A stretch of 64,000 nucleotides of DNA, from the NCBI RefSeq assembly GCF_006345805.1, contig NW_021836140.1, positions 26,564 through 90,563 on the forward strand. Direction: 5' to 3'. The DNA comes from Octopus sinensis. Its lineage: Eukaryota. A program made the translations under genes and the position numbers. The notes under the pieces were generated by a model. The model saw nothing but the letters and a program-made list of their open reading frames with translations, did not search any database and was not told the DNA's origin. Shown here piece by piece: positions 12,650 through 24,494 of the stretch; position 1 is the stretch's first letter; each line of letters opens with the position of its first letter.

Positions 12650-13517
12650 TCTACTCTAGGCACAAGGCCCGAAATTTGGGGGAGGGGGCCAGTCGATTAG
12701 ATCGACCCCAGTACGCACCTGGTATTTAATTTATCGACCCGTAAGGATGAAAGGCAAAGTCGATCTCGGTGGAATTTGAACTCAGAACATAAAGACAGAC
12801 GAAATAATTCTAAGCATTTTGCTCGGTGTGCTAACGATTCTTATTTCTTTGTTGCCCACAAGGGGCTAAACATAGAAGGGACAAACAAGGACAGACAAAG
12901 GGATTAAGTCGATTACATCTCGACTCCAGTGCGTAACTGGTACTTAATTTATCGACCCCCAAAAGAATGAAAGGCAAAGTAAGACCTCAGCGGAATTTGA
13001 ACTCAGAACATAAAGACTGACGAAATACTGCTAAGCATTTCGCCTAGTGTGCTAACATTTATTTCTTAATTGCCCATAAGGGGCTAAACACAGAGGGGAC
13101 AAACAAGGACAGAGAAAGCGATTAAGTCGATTACATCTCGACCCCAGTGCGTAACTGGTACTTAATTTATCGACGCCAAAAGGATGAAAGGCAAAGTAGG
13201 ACCTCAGCGGAATTTGAACTCAGAACATAAAGACTGACGAAATACTGCTAAGCATTTCGCCTAGTGTGCTAACATTTATTTCTTAATTGCCCATAAGGGG
13301 CTAAACACAGAGGGGACAAACAAGGACAGACAAAGCGATTAAGTCGATTACATCTCGACCCCAGTGCGTAACTGGTACTTAATTTATCGACCCCAAAAAG
13401 ATGAAAGGCAAAGTAGGACCTCAGCGGAATTTGAACTCAGAACGTAACGGCAGACGAAATACTGCTAAGCATTTCGCCCGGCGTGCTAACGTTTTCTGCC
13501 AGCCAGCTCGCTGCCTC
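12650..13517 (-). mobile_element. SINE family B cluster: one B1 copy plus three tandem ~217-bp B2 units
   Basis: Units start with ATTTCTT at 12843, 13061 and 13278. The tRNA-like head, reverse complement of GGCAGCGAGCTGG, appears only at the distal end (13500-13517). Confidence 0.88.
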
Positions 13518-14879
13518 AATGTGTGCACTTATTACAATACAATACAATACTCTCTGTGCAAGACATAACATATATTTAGTTAAAGCTGATTTGTTATTTA
13601 TGCTTACAATTGAAATCCACTGGCAACCAAATTTAAATCCCATCCCATCCTCAGTCTTTCTCTTCCTGTCTCCCTCTCCCTCCCTCTCTCTCCCTCCCTC
13701 TCTCTCTCTCTCTGTTACTAACCAGCATTAATATACAAGTATTGAATTGAAGTATGTCTTCAAATGGCTTTATAAATACATTGATGTACAAGATTTATTT
13801 GATGGTTGATAATAATCGAAGGTGTAATTACCTTCCATTCCATTGAAGACAAAATCTTGCTACTTTATATATATATTTTTTTTTTGCTTGTTTTTGTTTT
13901 CGTTGTTAGATTGTTTTATTTCCTTGCTATTAATATGTATATAATGTTTCATGACAACAATAAACAGCAAGGTACTACCGCTATAGAAAATGAAATATAT
14001 ATAAATGGTTACAAATTACACAGATAGATTATCCAAATTGAAATGATATTATAATTGGCAGCTTCTGGACAGAATAATGATTAACATTATTAGAACTACA
14101 GTAATCACTGCTTCCAACACTCTTTTACCCAACTCTGCAATCTATAGTTTCTATCTCTGGTGTTTTCAGATCTTTATCAATTTTCATCATATTCATTAAT
14201 ATTTATTGCTATTCCTTTTTAATGCCCTATTTAAAGCACATAAGGACGGAGAACCAAAGTGAATAAAAATTATCTGGTTTTCAATTGCATCCTTCAGTGA
14301 ACAATTAACTTATCAAAGAAAGAAAATCTGTTTTAAGAATGGCTTATCAAATATTAGGAGTTAAAATGACATAATGTATCAAAGAAATTTCTAGCATTTA
14401 TTGTAAAAAGTAAAAACCAAAATAAATATTTGCTTTACTTAATGGTAAATCTCAAGGTATTTGCTTTTTGACAGAAACCAGAATGCTGTTTGCTAAACCT
14501 GAAATTCAGAATGCAATTTTCTAGACTTAAACTATTTACTTTTTCTACCTAATGTTGCTTGCTAGCCAATAATTTAAAATTAATTTGAAAGATGACAGAA
14601 ATTAGTTGCTTTCTCATCTTCTATGCCATCATCACCAAACATCAGATGCCACAACTGATTTACTGGCATTAGTTAGAACATCTATTTTCAAATGATTTCA
14701 TCAGTGTGTTTATCAAATGTCTTTGTCAATAAATGTACTTTAATGAAGTACAGACAAATATGGTAATCATTTTTAAGGAAATTGTAAATGGGAATTTTGC
14801 TTTAATGGTATCATTTTCCTTAGTCCTCAATAGCCTTTTTGATCATCCTTATGATAGTTTACTTAAGAAAGATGAGCTG

Positions 14880-15212
14880 CATCATGGAATAAGATACATC
14901 ATAGAATAATGATTCATCATAAAATAAGATACATCATAGAATAACGATGAATCATAGAATAATGATGCATCATGGGATAAGACATCATAGAATAATGAGG
15001 CATTATTGGATAAGGTACATCATAGAATAATGTTGCATCATGAAATAAGATACATCATGGAATAAGTATGAATCATAGAATAAGCTACATCGTAGAATAA
15101 TGATGCATCATGGGATAGGAAATCATAGAATAATGATGCATCATTGGATAAGGTACATCATAGAATAATGTTGCATCATGAAATAAGATACATCATGGAA
15201 TAATGAGACATC
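14880..15212. repeat. 17-18 bp minisatellite CATCATRGAATAA(T)GATR with a ~138-bp higher-order repeat
   Basis: About 19 units. The block containing GGATAAGGTACATCATAGAATAATGTTGCATCATGAAATAAGATACATCATGGAATAA recurs at 15008 and 15146. Confidence 0.9.
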
Positions 15213-16362
15213 TTAGGTGAGTGATGCACCATGTGTCAAGAACTTAGATTCACTGCTAAACTGTCATTTGATTTTCAGGTGGAGTACTTTATTCTGGATT
15301 GCTTTAGTTTTTAAGGATTGATAGCAGATCAAAATGAAAACTTTCGGTCTTAGACTTGAGGCTATCATTCAGTTTTAGACCATCATACTTTGTTTGATTT
15401 GGATTGCTGATTACATACAACCATGAAGAGCATAGCAGCTTGTTTATTATTAAATTCCTCATGCAAAGATCTCTACTACTAAATGCAAATCTTCTACAGT
15501 CAATAGCAATTCCAGCCACCTCTATTACAAACATTTTAGTATATTCCTGTTCATATCGGCTAAAATTTTGTTTGATCACAACTGATTGCACAATCTGCAT
15601 CAATTGAATAGACTTCTGGAACAGAGTAAATCAATCCTTCACACATATTAAACAGAATATGAGGAATTTATTTGAATACAAGTTGTTTTATCATACTTAC
15701 TAAAAGCTTTATATTCAACCTGGCTTCACATCAATGCACAATTTGTTAGAATCATCAAATAATTAACATCCTTGCCATCATTTCCCCACCCTCATTCCTA
15801 TCAGTAGAAGCACCATTGTTAGTATTTTCCAGATATTGTGAAAGGCATTGCCATCATCGTTCCCAACACATATTGTCATCATAATTGTCTCACTAATTCT
15901 AACCTGTGCTTCTATTATGTTAGCTCAGCCTTTGTTTATTTCATCCACTTCTATTAGTCACAATTGATCCCAATGTTCTATACATTACTTGCGTATTTTC
16001 TAAACCATTATCTGAATGACAACCCCAATCTACTGAAATTGTATGGTATTTCTTCATATGGCTCTCACTAAATTTCTGTATTTGTTCATTTTTCCAGAAT
16101 CGAAGTGAGCCAATAAGCAAGATTCTATGTGCTTGCACAACCTGCTAGAAATAGCAGTAAATCTCCTTAAATCACATTTTACTGATTTAACAAAAAGTCA
16201 TTTGTGATGTTGTCTTACATGCACAAAAGACTGGGGTGGTTATATCTGCAATATTTTTGATCGTGAATCTACTTGCTCAAGGACCTGGGACAAACAGCTG
16301 CACTAACTAGACTCCCTCATAATAATGCCAAAACCCCCCAATTTTCTAAATGTCTTATTCCT

Positions 16363-16594
16363 ATTTGTTTACTACCCATAAGGTGCTAAACACAGAGAGG
16401 ACAAACAAGGGCAGACTAACGGATTAAATCGATTATATCGCCCCCAGTGTGTAACTGGTACTTAATTTATCGACCCTGAAAGGATGAAAGGCTAAGTCGG
16501 CCTCGGCGGAATTTGAACTCAGAACGTAATGGCAGACGAAATACCACTAAACATTTCGCCCGGCATACTAACGTTTCTGCCAGCTCGCCGCCTT
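16363..16594 (-). mobile_element. SINE family B2 with a 16-bp target-site duplication
   Basis: TSD TAAATGTCTTATTCCT at 16347-16362 and 16595-16610. Body matches the 32831 and 60359 copies. Confidence 0.9.
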
Positions 16595-17537
16595 TAAATG
16601 TCTTATTCCTGTAAAGGCTTATAACTTCGTTCATACCATCTATTCTTTTAAATATGAAAGAAACATTTGTAAAAGCTGACAGTATTTTCTGGAAAATCTT
16701 TTGTTCCAATAGATTGATCAAATTTATCATTAAATATAGAAAACAAGAAATATGACGAATGGCAACTTCAGCATTTTGCAAAGGAAATAATTACCACTTT
16801 GCTTTTTACCTCAAATAAATGTTCTGTTCAAAGAATATTTTACACAAGGGAGTTTTTATAAATAAACTTTCAGTATTTTAACTGAAAATTCATGTGGTTG
16901 AATTCACAATTTAATCAAATTTACATGTAGAACAAAACAGTGTTAAGAAATGAACAAAGAAAGAGAATGAAATGTTTCCTTCTTTGCTGTAAGAAACGTT
17001 GCAATTTACATTGCAAGCAAACAAATATTGAGTTAATATTTTCATAAGAAAGTTTGTGTCACTATTTCAGTAAGTTATGATAAATATTACAGTATATATT
17101 GTAAAGAATAAGAAAACTATTGCCATATTGGTATTGGAATACTATTGTCAAGAGACAAGTGGACATTTATGCATGAATTAATTTGATATGGTGTATAAAT
17201 ATAACTACACAGTTCTTGACAAGGGCAGGTCATTTACTTCATTCTTGTCATTGATATACTGGTGCTTGTAGATAAGAGTTAATCTGTCATTACAACAATA
17301 TTGTAAGCTACATAACAGACTATCATTTATTCTTTTAGATTAACACTTAGCTGTAATATTTCCATTTTAGCTTGCTTTCTATTTTCTTTCTCAGTATCTC
17401 AATGTAGTTCTGGAAGTAAGATTTGAACTCCTAAATAAACAAGAAAGCATATATTACCCATTTAATAATACCTTTATATTTCGTTTTGGGGATTTGGTTT
17501 GCAAGATTCTTTATATGAGTTCGTGTGTTGAAGCATA

Positions 17538-17884
17538 GTCTGTTGTGTCTGGGGAGAGTCATTTTCTTTTTGTGCCTTATAATGTAAAATTTCCACTTTT
17601 TTGGTGCTCTCCTTTCTGAGCGGCTTGATTGGTATTAAATCAACACATGTGACCGCCTGGCCCAGAGAGCCTTGGTTGTAGCAGAAACGACTGGCAGACG
17701 ACATGGCAAACAGACATGGTAAAATTTCCACTTTTTTCTTATTTTTATTTTCCTAAAATTTTCGTTGCATCTTACAACGAAAAGTTTAGGAAAATAAAAA
17801 TAACAAAAAAGTGGAAATTTTACTGGTGAGTGTGTTAAATTATAAGGCACAAAAAGAAAATGACTCTCCCCAGACACAACAGAA
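17538..17884. mobile_element. MITE-like element, 347 bp, TA-flanked
   Basis: Terminal inverted repeats TCTGTTGTGTCTGGGGAGAGTCATTTTCTTTTTGTGCCTTATAAT / ATTATAAGGCACAAAAAGAAAATGACTCTCCCCAGACACAACAGA, plus subterminal GTAAAATTTCCACTTTTTT and its complement. TA at 17536-17537 and 17885-17886. Confidence 0.75.
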
Positions 17885-18946
17885 TACCTTTATAGTTATT
17901 CAGAAACTGTAGATTCTAACATAACAAGACACACAATAACCACAAGATGATGATTTAATAGGCACAGTCATGCCCATGTGGTTGAGAAGCTCACCTTGAA
18001 CCCATATAGTTTTGTGTTCAGTTCTACTGCTCTGCACCTTGAACAAGTGACTTCTACTACAGTTCCAGGCCAGCCAATAGCTTGTGAGCGAATTTTATTG
18101 ACAAACATTGTATAGAAGCCTATCATACCCACATACATATCATATCAAGGTTCTGTGAATAAAGACAGTGACCCGAGAATATAATGCCAGATTTAGAAAA
18201 ATATGGCAGTCGAAACTCTTTTCTTACAAGACAATATCTCACAATGCATCTGCAGCACCAGTGTTAATTCCAATAATTGGGGTACTTTATCGGTCTGTAG
18301 AAGAGATCCACTTCATAGACGTTAAAACCAGCATGATACTGACATCAACCAGAAATTTCCACAGAAATAGTGATATCAACGGGCTCTACTGAAGAGGGGA
18401 TAAAGGAAATAGAGTCTTGATATTAGTGCAGACATCCTTCAAATAAGCAACAACAGCAAAAATAAATACATTAACTTAGTGCTGAAAAATGAAGGGAACT
18501 ATATCTTACTTGTTGGCAGTGAGCTGATATAAAATATTTAACGAAAGAAACTAATGTGGCTGGTAGATGTTGGCTACTATTGTTAGTTGAGCTAATTTGC
18601 TAACTGCTAGAAGCTGTATCTGATTACTGAAGTTAAGAGCTGACTGTTATTTCTAGCGTCGGAGGTCAACAGTTGTGCATAGAAGAAAGCGACGAAATCT
18701 GGTGAGATTTACACAAACTTTATCTCTGGTTGAGAGAGGCTGAATGTGATTGTGTTTGGTTTAACGGATAGAAATAGTACTACGACAAATGTTTAGAGAC
18801 TAAATGTTATTGAAATAGTATTAAGATAAAAGTTGAGAGAGTTTGAGTGATATTATAACTGAAATAGTATCAGAAAAGTTACTGCTAGTCATTGTATTAC
18901 CGGGGATAGTTTGTCATGGTGATATCAGCTAGGTTCAGCCGCTGCT

Positions 18947-19067
18947 CATGTCTGTTCGCCATGTCGTCTGCCAGTCGTCTCTGCTACAACCAAGGCTCTC
19001 TGAGTCGGGTGGTCACATGTGTTGATTTAATAGCGATCGAGAGGCTCAGAAGGGTGAGCACCAAAAA
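18947..19067 (-). repeat. Inverted ~120-bp copy of the MITE interior (17598-17718)
   Basis: Reverse complement aligns by eye at roughly 85%, including identical ATTAAATCAACACATGTGACC and CAGAGAGCCTTGGTTGTAGCAGA. Confidence 0.85.
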
Positions 19068-19538
19068 TTGATATCAGTCGCTGGAGCCATTTTCCACATG
19101 AAGTCGCAATTGGCCAGATACCTGTTGATCAAGTGGGCAATATTCCAGTGAATCTCAACATTCTGGTGAATGATGAATATTCTCACTACTTTAATAAGCA
19201 AGGATTGTAAAAGAAGATGGGTATTCGCATATGTAGAATATCCTTCTAATTTAGTGACAAAAATAAGACAAGTCTTTTCGGACATGAGAAAAACGTATAA
19301 AAATTTATTTTCTAAAGTTTCAAAAATCAGACAAACTAGAAACTGGAACTAAATTTTAAATTTTTGGCAAATCAGCCGATGGAAAAAGTGACTGACCAGT
19401 ACGTGATCAATTCATGAAAAGAATGGGTAGCTTGAGAAAGAGGAAGAAGGTACTTTGATGCCTTGTGAAGTAGGAGAGAATGTAAGTTGGGAAAGCACTG
19501 GTGTGTTCAGAGAAAGATAGAAAGTGTGAAAGAGATAA

Positions 19539-19539
<1 letters not shown>

Positions 19540-19603
<64 letters not shown>

Positions 19604-19608
19604 CGGAC

Positions 19609-19660
<52 letters not shown>

Positions 19661-19661
19661 T

Positions 19662-19735
<74 letters not shown>
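19540..19735. repeat. (GATA)n microsatellite
   Basis: Direct reading. Source of the SIYL-repeat ORF. Confidence 0.95.
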
Positions 19736-20512
19736 ATAGAATAGAATAGATAGATATAGAGCGAGGGAAGTGTGTATGAGTTAGTGTCTGACTGACAGAG
19801 CTGTTTCAGAAGAATAAAAAACAGAGTTGGGAATGATGAAACGAAAAGAGGAATAGATAAAATGTTAGAGATAAATAGGTATAAAGTAGGAAGCAAAGTA
19901 GAAAAATGCAATGATAGAAAGATAAATGGATGCAAGCATTGAAAGAAAAGTACGTATAAGGAGAGAAAAAATGACAAAGATAATTATCTAGTGAAAATGC
20001 TCGATAGAGAAAGCTATAGAAAAGTAAGTGTAAAGAAATAAGAATAAATAGGTTGGTAGATGTGTAGAGACAGAAAGATAGATAGGGAGCGATAGAGAAA
20101 CGATAGATAGGAAGATAGATTGATATAGAGAATGAGGGGGAAAATAGAAAGATTAACAGAGATCGTACGAACGGAGGAAGGATAATGCGCGTTTTGACCT
20201 CGCGAAAAGGACTGATTTTAACGAACCAGGAAATGAGAAATAACCGGACTGATCGATTCAGAAAAAAGAATAGGTAGTTGGGAAAACAGGAAGGTTACAT
20301 GGTGCCTTTTGAGAGGAGAGAGAAAAAGGGTATCAGTGGGTTGAGAGAAAGATAACGAGTGAGAGAGAGAGGAAGGATTATTGCAGAGATAAAACAGAGT
20401 AGGGAGTGGAGTGAAACGAAAAGCGTCATGGAAGGATGAGTAGATGGGTAAATAGAGAGAAGACTAAATGGATGTAACTGTAGAGTGAAAGGCATAAAAC
20501 GATAGAGATTAA

Positions 20513-20550
<38 letters not shown>

Positions 20551-20551
<1 letters not shown>

Positions 20552-20834
20552 AGAAATATTGAATTTCTAAATCTCTCGTAGAGACATGTACGGTGGTGGG
20601 GCGATAGAATGGTTGTATACTGTCAATCTAACAAGAACGTGAGAGTAGGAGGTACACCACCGTTGTATAGCCCTAGGAGGCATCGAACGCCTCCTGACAG
20701 CTTCGACACATGTATATAAGGACACAGGAAAAAAATGTGTCGAAGCTGTCAGGAGGCGTTCGATGCCTCCTAGGGCTATACAACGGTGGTGTACCCCCTA
20801 CTGTCACGTTCTTGTTAGATTGACAGTATACAAC

Positions 20835-20838
<4 letters not shown>
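20551..20838. repeat. Dispersed repeat with a fold-back (104-bp arms, 23-bp spacer) between (TA)n tracts
   Basis: Arms at 20608-20711 and 20735-20838 are near-perfect reverse complements. Segment 20551-20710 matches 27654-27813. Confidence 0.9.
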
Positions 20839-20865
<27 letters not shown>

Positions 20866-20980
20866 GTAATCACTTGACTATCGTAGGTGTTACGTTCCAA
20901 ACCACCCCATGATTGGTAAAAATCTGCAAAGTAGAATCAGTACTGTACTGTATATTTTTCATTATTTTTTATAATTTGTA

Positions 20981-21222
20981 CATCATCATCATCATCGTTT
21001 AACGTCCATTTTCCATGCTAGCATGGGTTGGACGGTTCGACCGGGGTCTGGGAAGCCAGGAGGCTGCACCAGGCTCCAGTCTGATCTGGCAGTGTTTCTA
21101 CAGCTCGATGCCCTTCCTAACACCTTGAGTGTAGTGGGTGCTTTTTCGTGCCACCGGCACAGGGGCCAGAGGAGGCAGGCAACGGTCACGATTGGTTGGT
21201 GCTTTTTACGTGCCACCGGCAC
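20981..21222 (-). mobile_element. SINE-like family E, 3' part with a (GAT)n tail
   Basis: Closely similar to 63313-63510 (CGTTTAACGTCCATT...GCTAGCATGGGTTGGACGG...GATGCCCTTCCTAAC). Confidence 0.75.
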
Positions 21223-21324
21223 GTATATATTAATTTTATTTTTATAATTCGTATATATTTATTTTATTATTTTATTATATTCAAGCTTTTATAAACTCTC
21301 CGCACGCGCTAACTTGAACGCTAA

Positions 21325-21392
21325 GTTCACGAGCAGGCTGTTCCTTTGATCAGATCAAGTGGAACCCTCATCGTGGTAACCGTCGGAGTGCC
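21325..21392 (+). mobile_element. SINE family C 3' fragment
   Basis: TTCACGAGCAGGCTGTTCC...GGAACCCTCATCGTGGTAACCGTCGGAGTG matches the tail of the 28566-28950 copy. Confidence 0.7.
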
Positions 21393-21413
21393 AGTTCAGT
21401 TACAAGCAAATTA

Positions 21414-21772
21414 TCATCTTCTCTCTATATATAAACGGCAGTTTGCCTGTGTGTCTGTTAGGTTGTACCCTCACCCTGACCACGGCTTTTAACCGATTCT
21501 GATGAAACTTGACACACACATAGCCCGATGTCATAATTCAAAACTAACGTTCCCCCAGTTCTGAAAAAAATCGATAAATTCGACATGGGGTCGAGAATCA
21601 GGAACACAAACCACAGACTGTCTAGGGGACGCAACTCGACCTTTTTTACTCTCAAAAAAAATTTAGCATAATTTTTTTTCCATTTTTTTGCTATTTTTTG
21701 GCTATAACTCTCTAAAAATGCTTTATAGTTATTTCCCTTACAAACCCGAGCAACGCCGGGCGATACTGCTAG
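21414..21772 (+). mobile_element. Non-autonomous Helitron-like element
   Basis: Starts TC after A (TCATCTTCTCTCTATATATAAACGGCAG). Ends with hairpin CCCGAGCAACGCCGGG, then CTAG followed by T. No TSD. The 5' end could be 21417 instead. Confidence 0.75.
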
Positions 21773-23113
21773 TTAACGATAAAACTAGCACAGTTTAAAA
21801 ACAAAAACAAAACAAAAATATTTTAATAACAAAAACAAAAACGGGGAAAAAATAGATTTAGTATCTAAGCTGGTGAGGGCGTCTTAGGTCTAATGCAGTG
21901 AGATGAACAGCATGGTCACTCAGCAGGTGATAGATACTGTATTTTTCAGTACACAAGTCGAGTCTTTCAGACCTATATTTACAGCCGAAAGAGTTGGATC
22001 GACTTATATGCCAGAACGACTTTGGAGGACGAAAGATTCGTTAAATGCAATAGGATTCGGAAAAGCAGTGACAATGTTTGAATGTTTGCACTACATTTTT
22101 ACACTATATACATAACTATGTAGGAAAATATGGTATGTAATTTGAGACTTGACTGTGGGATTGTTATTTTTTAGTCATTTATTAATGTACGGAAAGGCAG
22201 CAACTATGATTCATAATTTTTTTCAGAGCCTTTCAGATGAAGAAAGAAGGATGAAATTGTTTACAAATGCCGCGAAATGAACACCAGTAAAACTTCACTC
22301 CGTTTTAGTCCCGGTGGTGGTCTAAAAGTAGGTGAAAGATTAACATTGCCACAAAGAAACTTAGAATACAAAGAGCCTGAACATATGTCGTAAGATATCA
22401 TTGGAGATTGTAGATTGGTTTGTTATTTTACCACCCGAGAAAGAATAATAATCATAATTTTGCAAACATGAACACATACACACACATAAATATAAGTCAT
22501 GCGTGTGTATATAAATGTGTGTGTGTGTGTGTGTGTTTGTGTGTGTATGTATATAAATTAGAGAAGAACCACCATGTAGCAATTCATGAATGATATAATT
22601 AAATCATACCATATAGAAAAAAATTAAATATACGATAAAACATTTACCTAGAACTAAATAAAGTACAAAATAATAAATAAATAGTATATAATTATATACG
22701 GTTATCAATTTGTGCTGCAAAATTCCTGATGTGAAATCGTGTGTTGAATCCGATAGTGTCGTATTTTGGGATGGTCATGTTTTTTTTGGGTTTTTTTAAA
22801 TAAACACAGGCACTATAGATCTTTTCATCACTCGTTTATTACTGTTCTTATTTTATTATTTTAACACATGTCCATACATACATACACACACGCACACACC
22901 ATTTGTCGAGTAAATATACTACAGCGAAATAGCCTTCCTGTCACCAACCTTCAACTGTTTCCAAAGTAATATTCTTCAATGGCACGACGTGTCTTTCATG
23001 GAATAATAAACACAGATAACATCACTTGTGTGTCGATTTAGCTCGTTTATAACCTCCACGTTATATCAAAGCAAGGCTGCATGCAAACACACACACACGC
23101 ACATCTCTCTATC

Positions 23114-23180
<67 letters not shown>

Positions 23181-23268
23181 AGAGTTTACGAAAATAAACA
23201 AAAGACGAAGGCAGGTGGTGTACAAAACAAACAGATGTATTAGTATAACGCTCAGGAATAGAAAAAGT

Positions 23269-23304
23269 CTTTTACGTTTCGAGCCTACGCTCTTCTACAG
23301 AAAG
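23269..23304 (-). ncRNA. Minimal type I hammerhead motif with a core variant (CUGUAGA)
   Basis: Minus strand reads CTTT-CTGTAGA-A-GAGC GTAG GCTC-GAAA-CG-TA-AAAG. Stem I 4 bp, stem II 4 bp, palindromic ACGT stem III, GUA triplet. Lies in a ~205-bp island between (TA)n tracts. Confidence 0.65.
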
Positions 23305-23680
23305 GGACACAGAGAAAAACAAGGAGAGAAACAAGGAGACAAAAAATGTGTGTAGTGGCTAACGATCTATCATGGTGACTCATATATATATATATAAAGG
23401 TAAGCAGAGTAAGTGGTTGGAATAACTGTCTAAGGGATAAGAATATCCGTTCTTACTACCGGTATCACCTACCTATGCTATCCCTGGGCATAGGTATGCA
23501 AGCACTCTATGCTCATAGGGTACAGGTAATAACTGAATAAACAAAAGTTTATCAGGAATAACAGAAAATGGAGTAAACTTTTGATCAACAAATTGACCAA
23601 CGTCGGTTAATTAATTTTTAATCCAAAACATGACATAATATATATGGGTGTGTGTGTAATTTGTTTTTTCTTTTACATGC

Positions 23681-23882
23681 TTTAGCCATTTGACTGCGGG
23701 CATGCTGGAGCACCGCCTTTAGTCGAGCAAATCGACCCCAGAGCTTATTCTGTGTATGCATAGTACTTATTCTATCGATCTCTTGTGCCGAACCGCTAGT
23801 TTACGGGGACGTAAACACACCAGCATCAGTTGTCAAGTTATGTTGGAGGGGGACAAACACGGACACACAAACAAACACACAC

Positions 23883-23919
<37 letters not shown>

Positions 23920-24003
23920 CATATGCGACGGGCTTCTTCCAGTTTCCGTCTACCAAATTCACTCACAAGGCTTTGGTTGGCCCGAGGCTATAAGAGAAGA
24001 CAC
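23681..24003 (-). mobile_element. SINE family A lacking its tRNA head
   Basis: Reverse complement of tail and body, stopping at GAAGACAC. Confidence 0.85.
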
Positions 24004-24010
24004 ATATATA

Positions 24011-24175
24011 TAGGCGCAGGAGTGGCTGTATGGTAAGTAGCTTACTTACCAACCACATGGTTCAGGGTTCAGTCCCACTGCGTGGCACCTTGAGCAAGTG
24101 TCTTCTACTATAGCCTCGGGCCGACCAAAGCCTTGTGAATGGATTTGGTAGATGGAAACTGAAAGAAGTCCGTCG

Positions 24176-24209
<34 letters not shown>

Positions 24210-24451
24210 TGTATGTATGTATGTATGTGTATGTATGTATGTATGTGTATATATGTTTGTGTGTCTGTATTTGTCCCCGCAGCATCGCTTGACAACCGAT
24301 TCTGATGTGTTTACGTCCCCGTAACCTAGCGGTTCGGCAAAAAAGACTGATAGAATACGTACAAGGCTTACAAAGAATAAGTTCTGGGGTTGATTTGCTC
24401 GATTAAAGGCGGCGCGCTCCAGCATGGCCGCAGTCAAATGACTGAAACAAG

Positions 24452-24452
<1 letters not shown>
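24011..24452 (+). mobile_element. Full-length SINE family A
   Basis: A and B boxes, internal (TATG)n, tail CAGTCAAATGACTGAAACAAGT. Flanked by TA runs. Confidence 0.88.

Positions 24453-24494
<42 letters not shown>

Noticed and set aside
15300-16140. Coding-like fragments, including HSDNG resembling an integrase motif
   Set aside because: Single short motif, many stops, no coherent domain.
18384-18414. CTCTA-CTGAAGA-...-GAAA-TAGAG hammerhead-like string
   Set aside because: No stem II pairing and no stem III or UH.
20864-20935. Tigger-like MITE left end (TA-GTAATCACTTGACTATCG)
   Set aside because: No matching right TIR found, so an element cannot be supported.
21495-21515. CTGATGAAAC inside the Helitron-like element (also at 2643 in the mariner)
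   Set aside because: Core and GAAA overlap with no stems.
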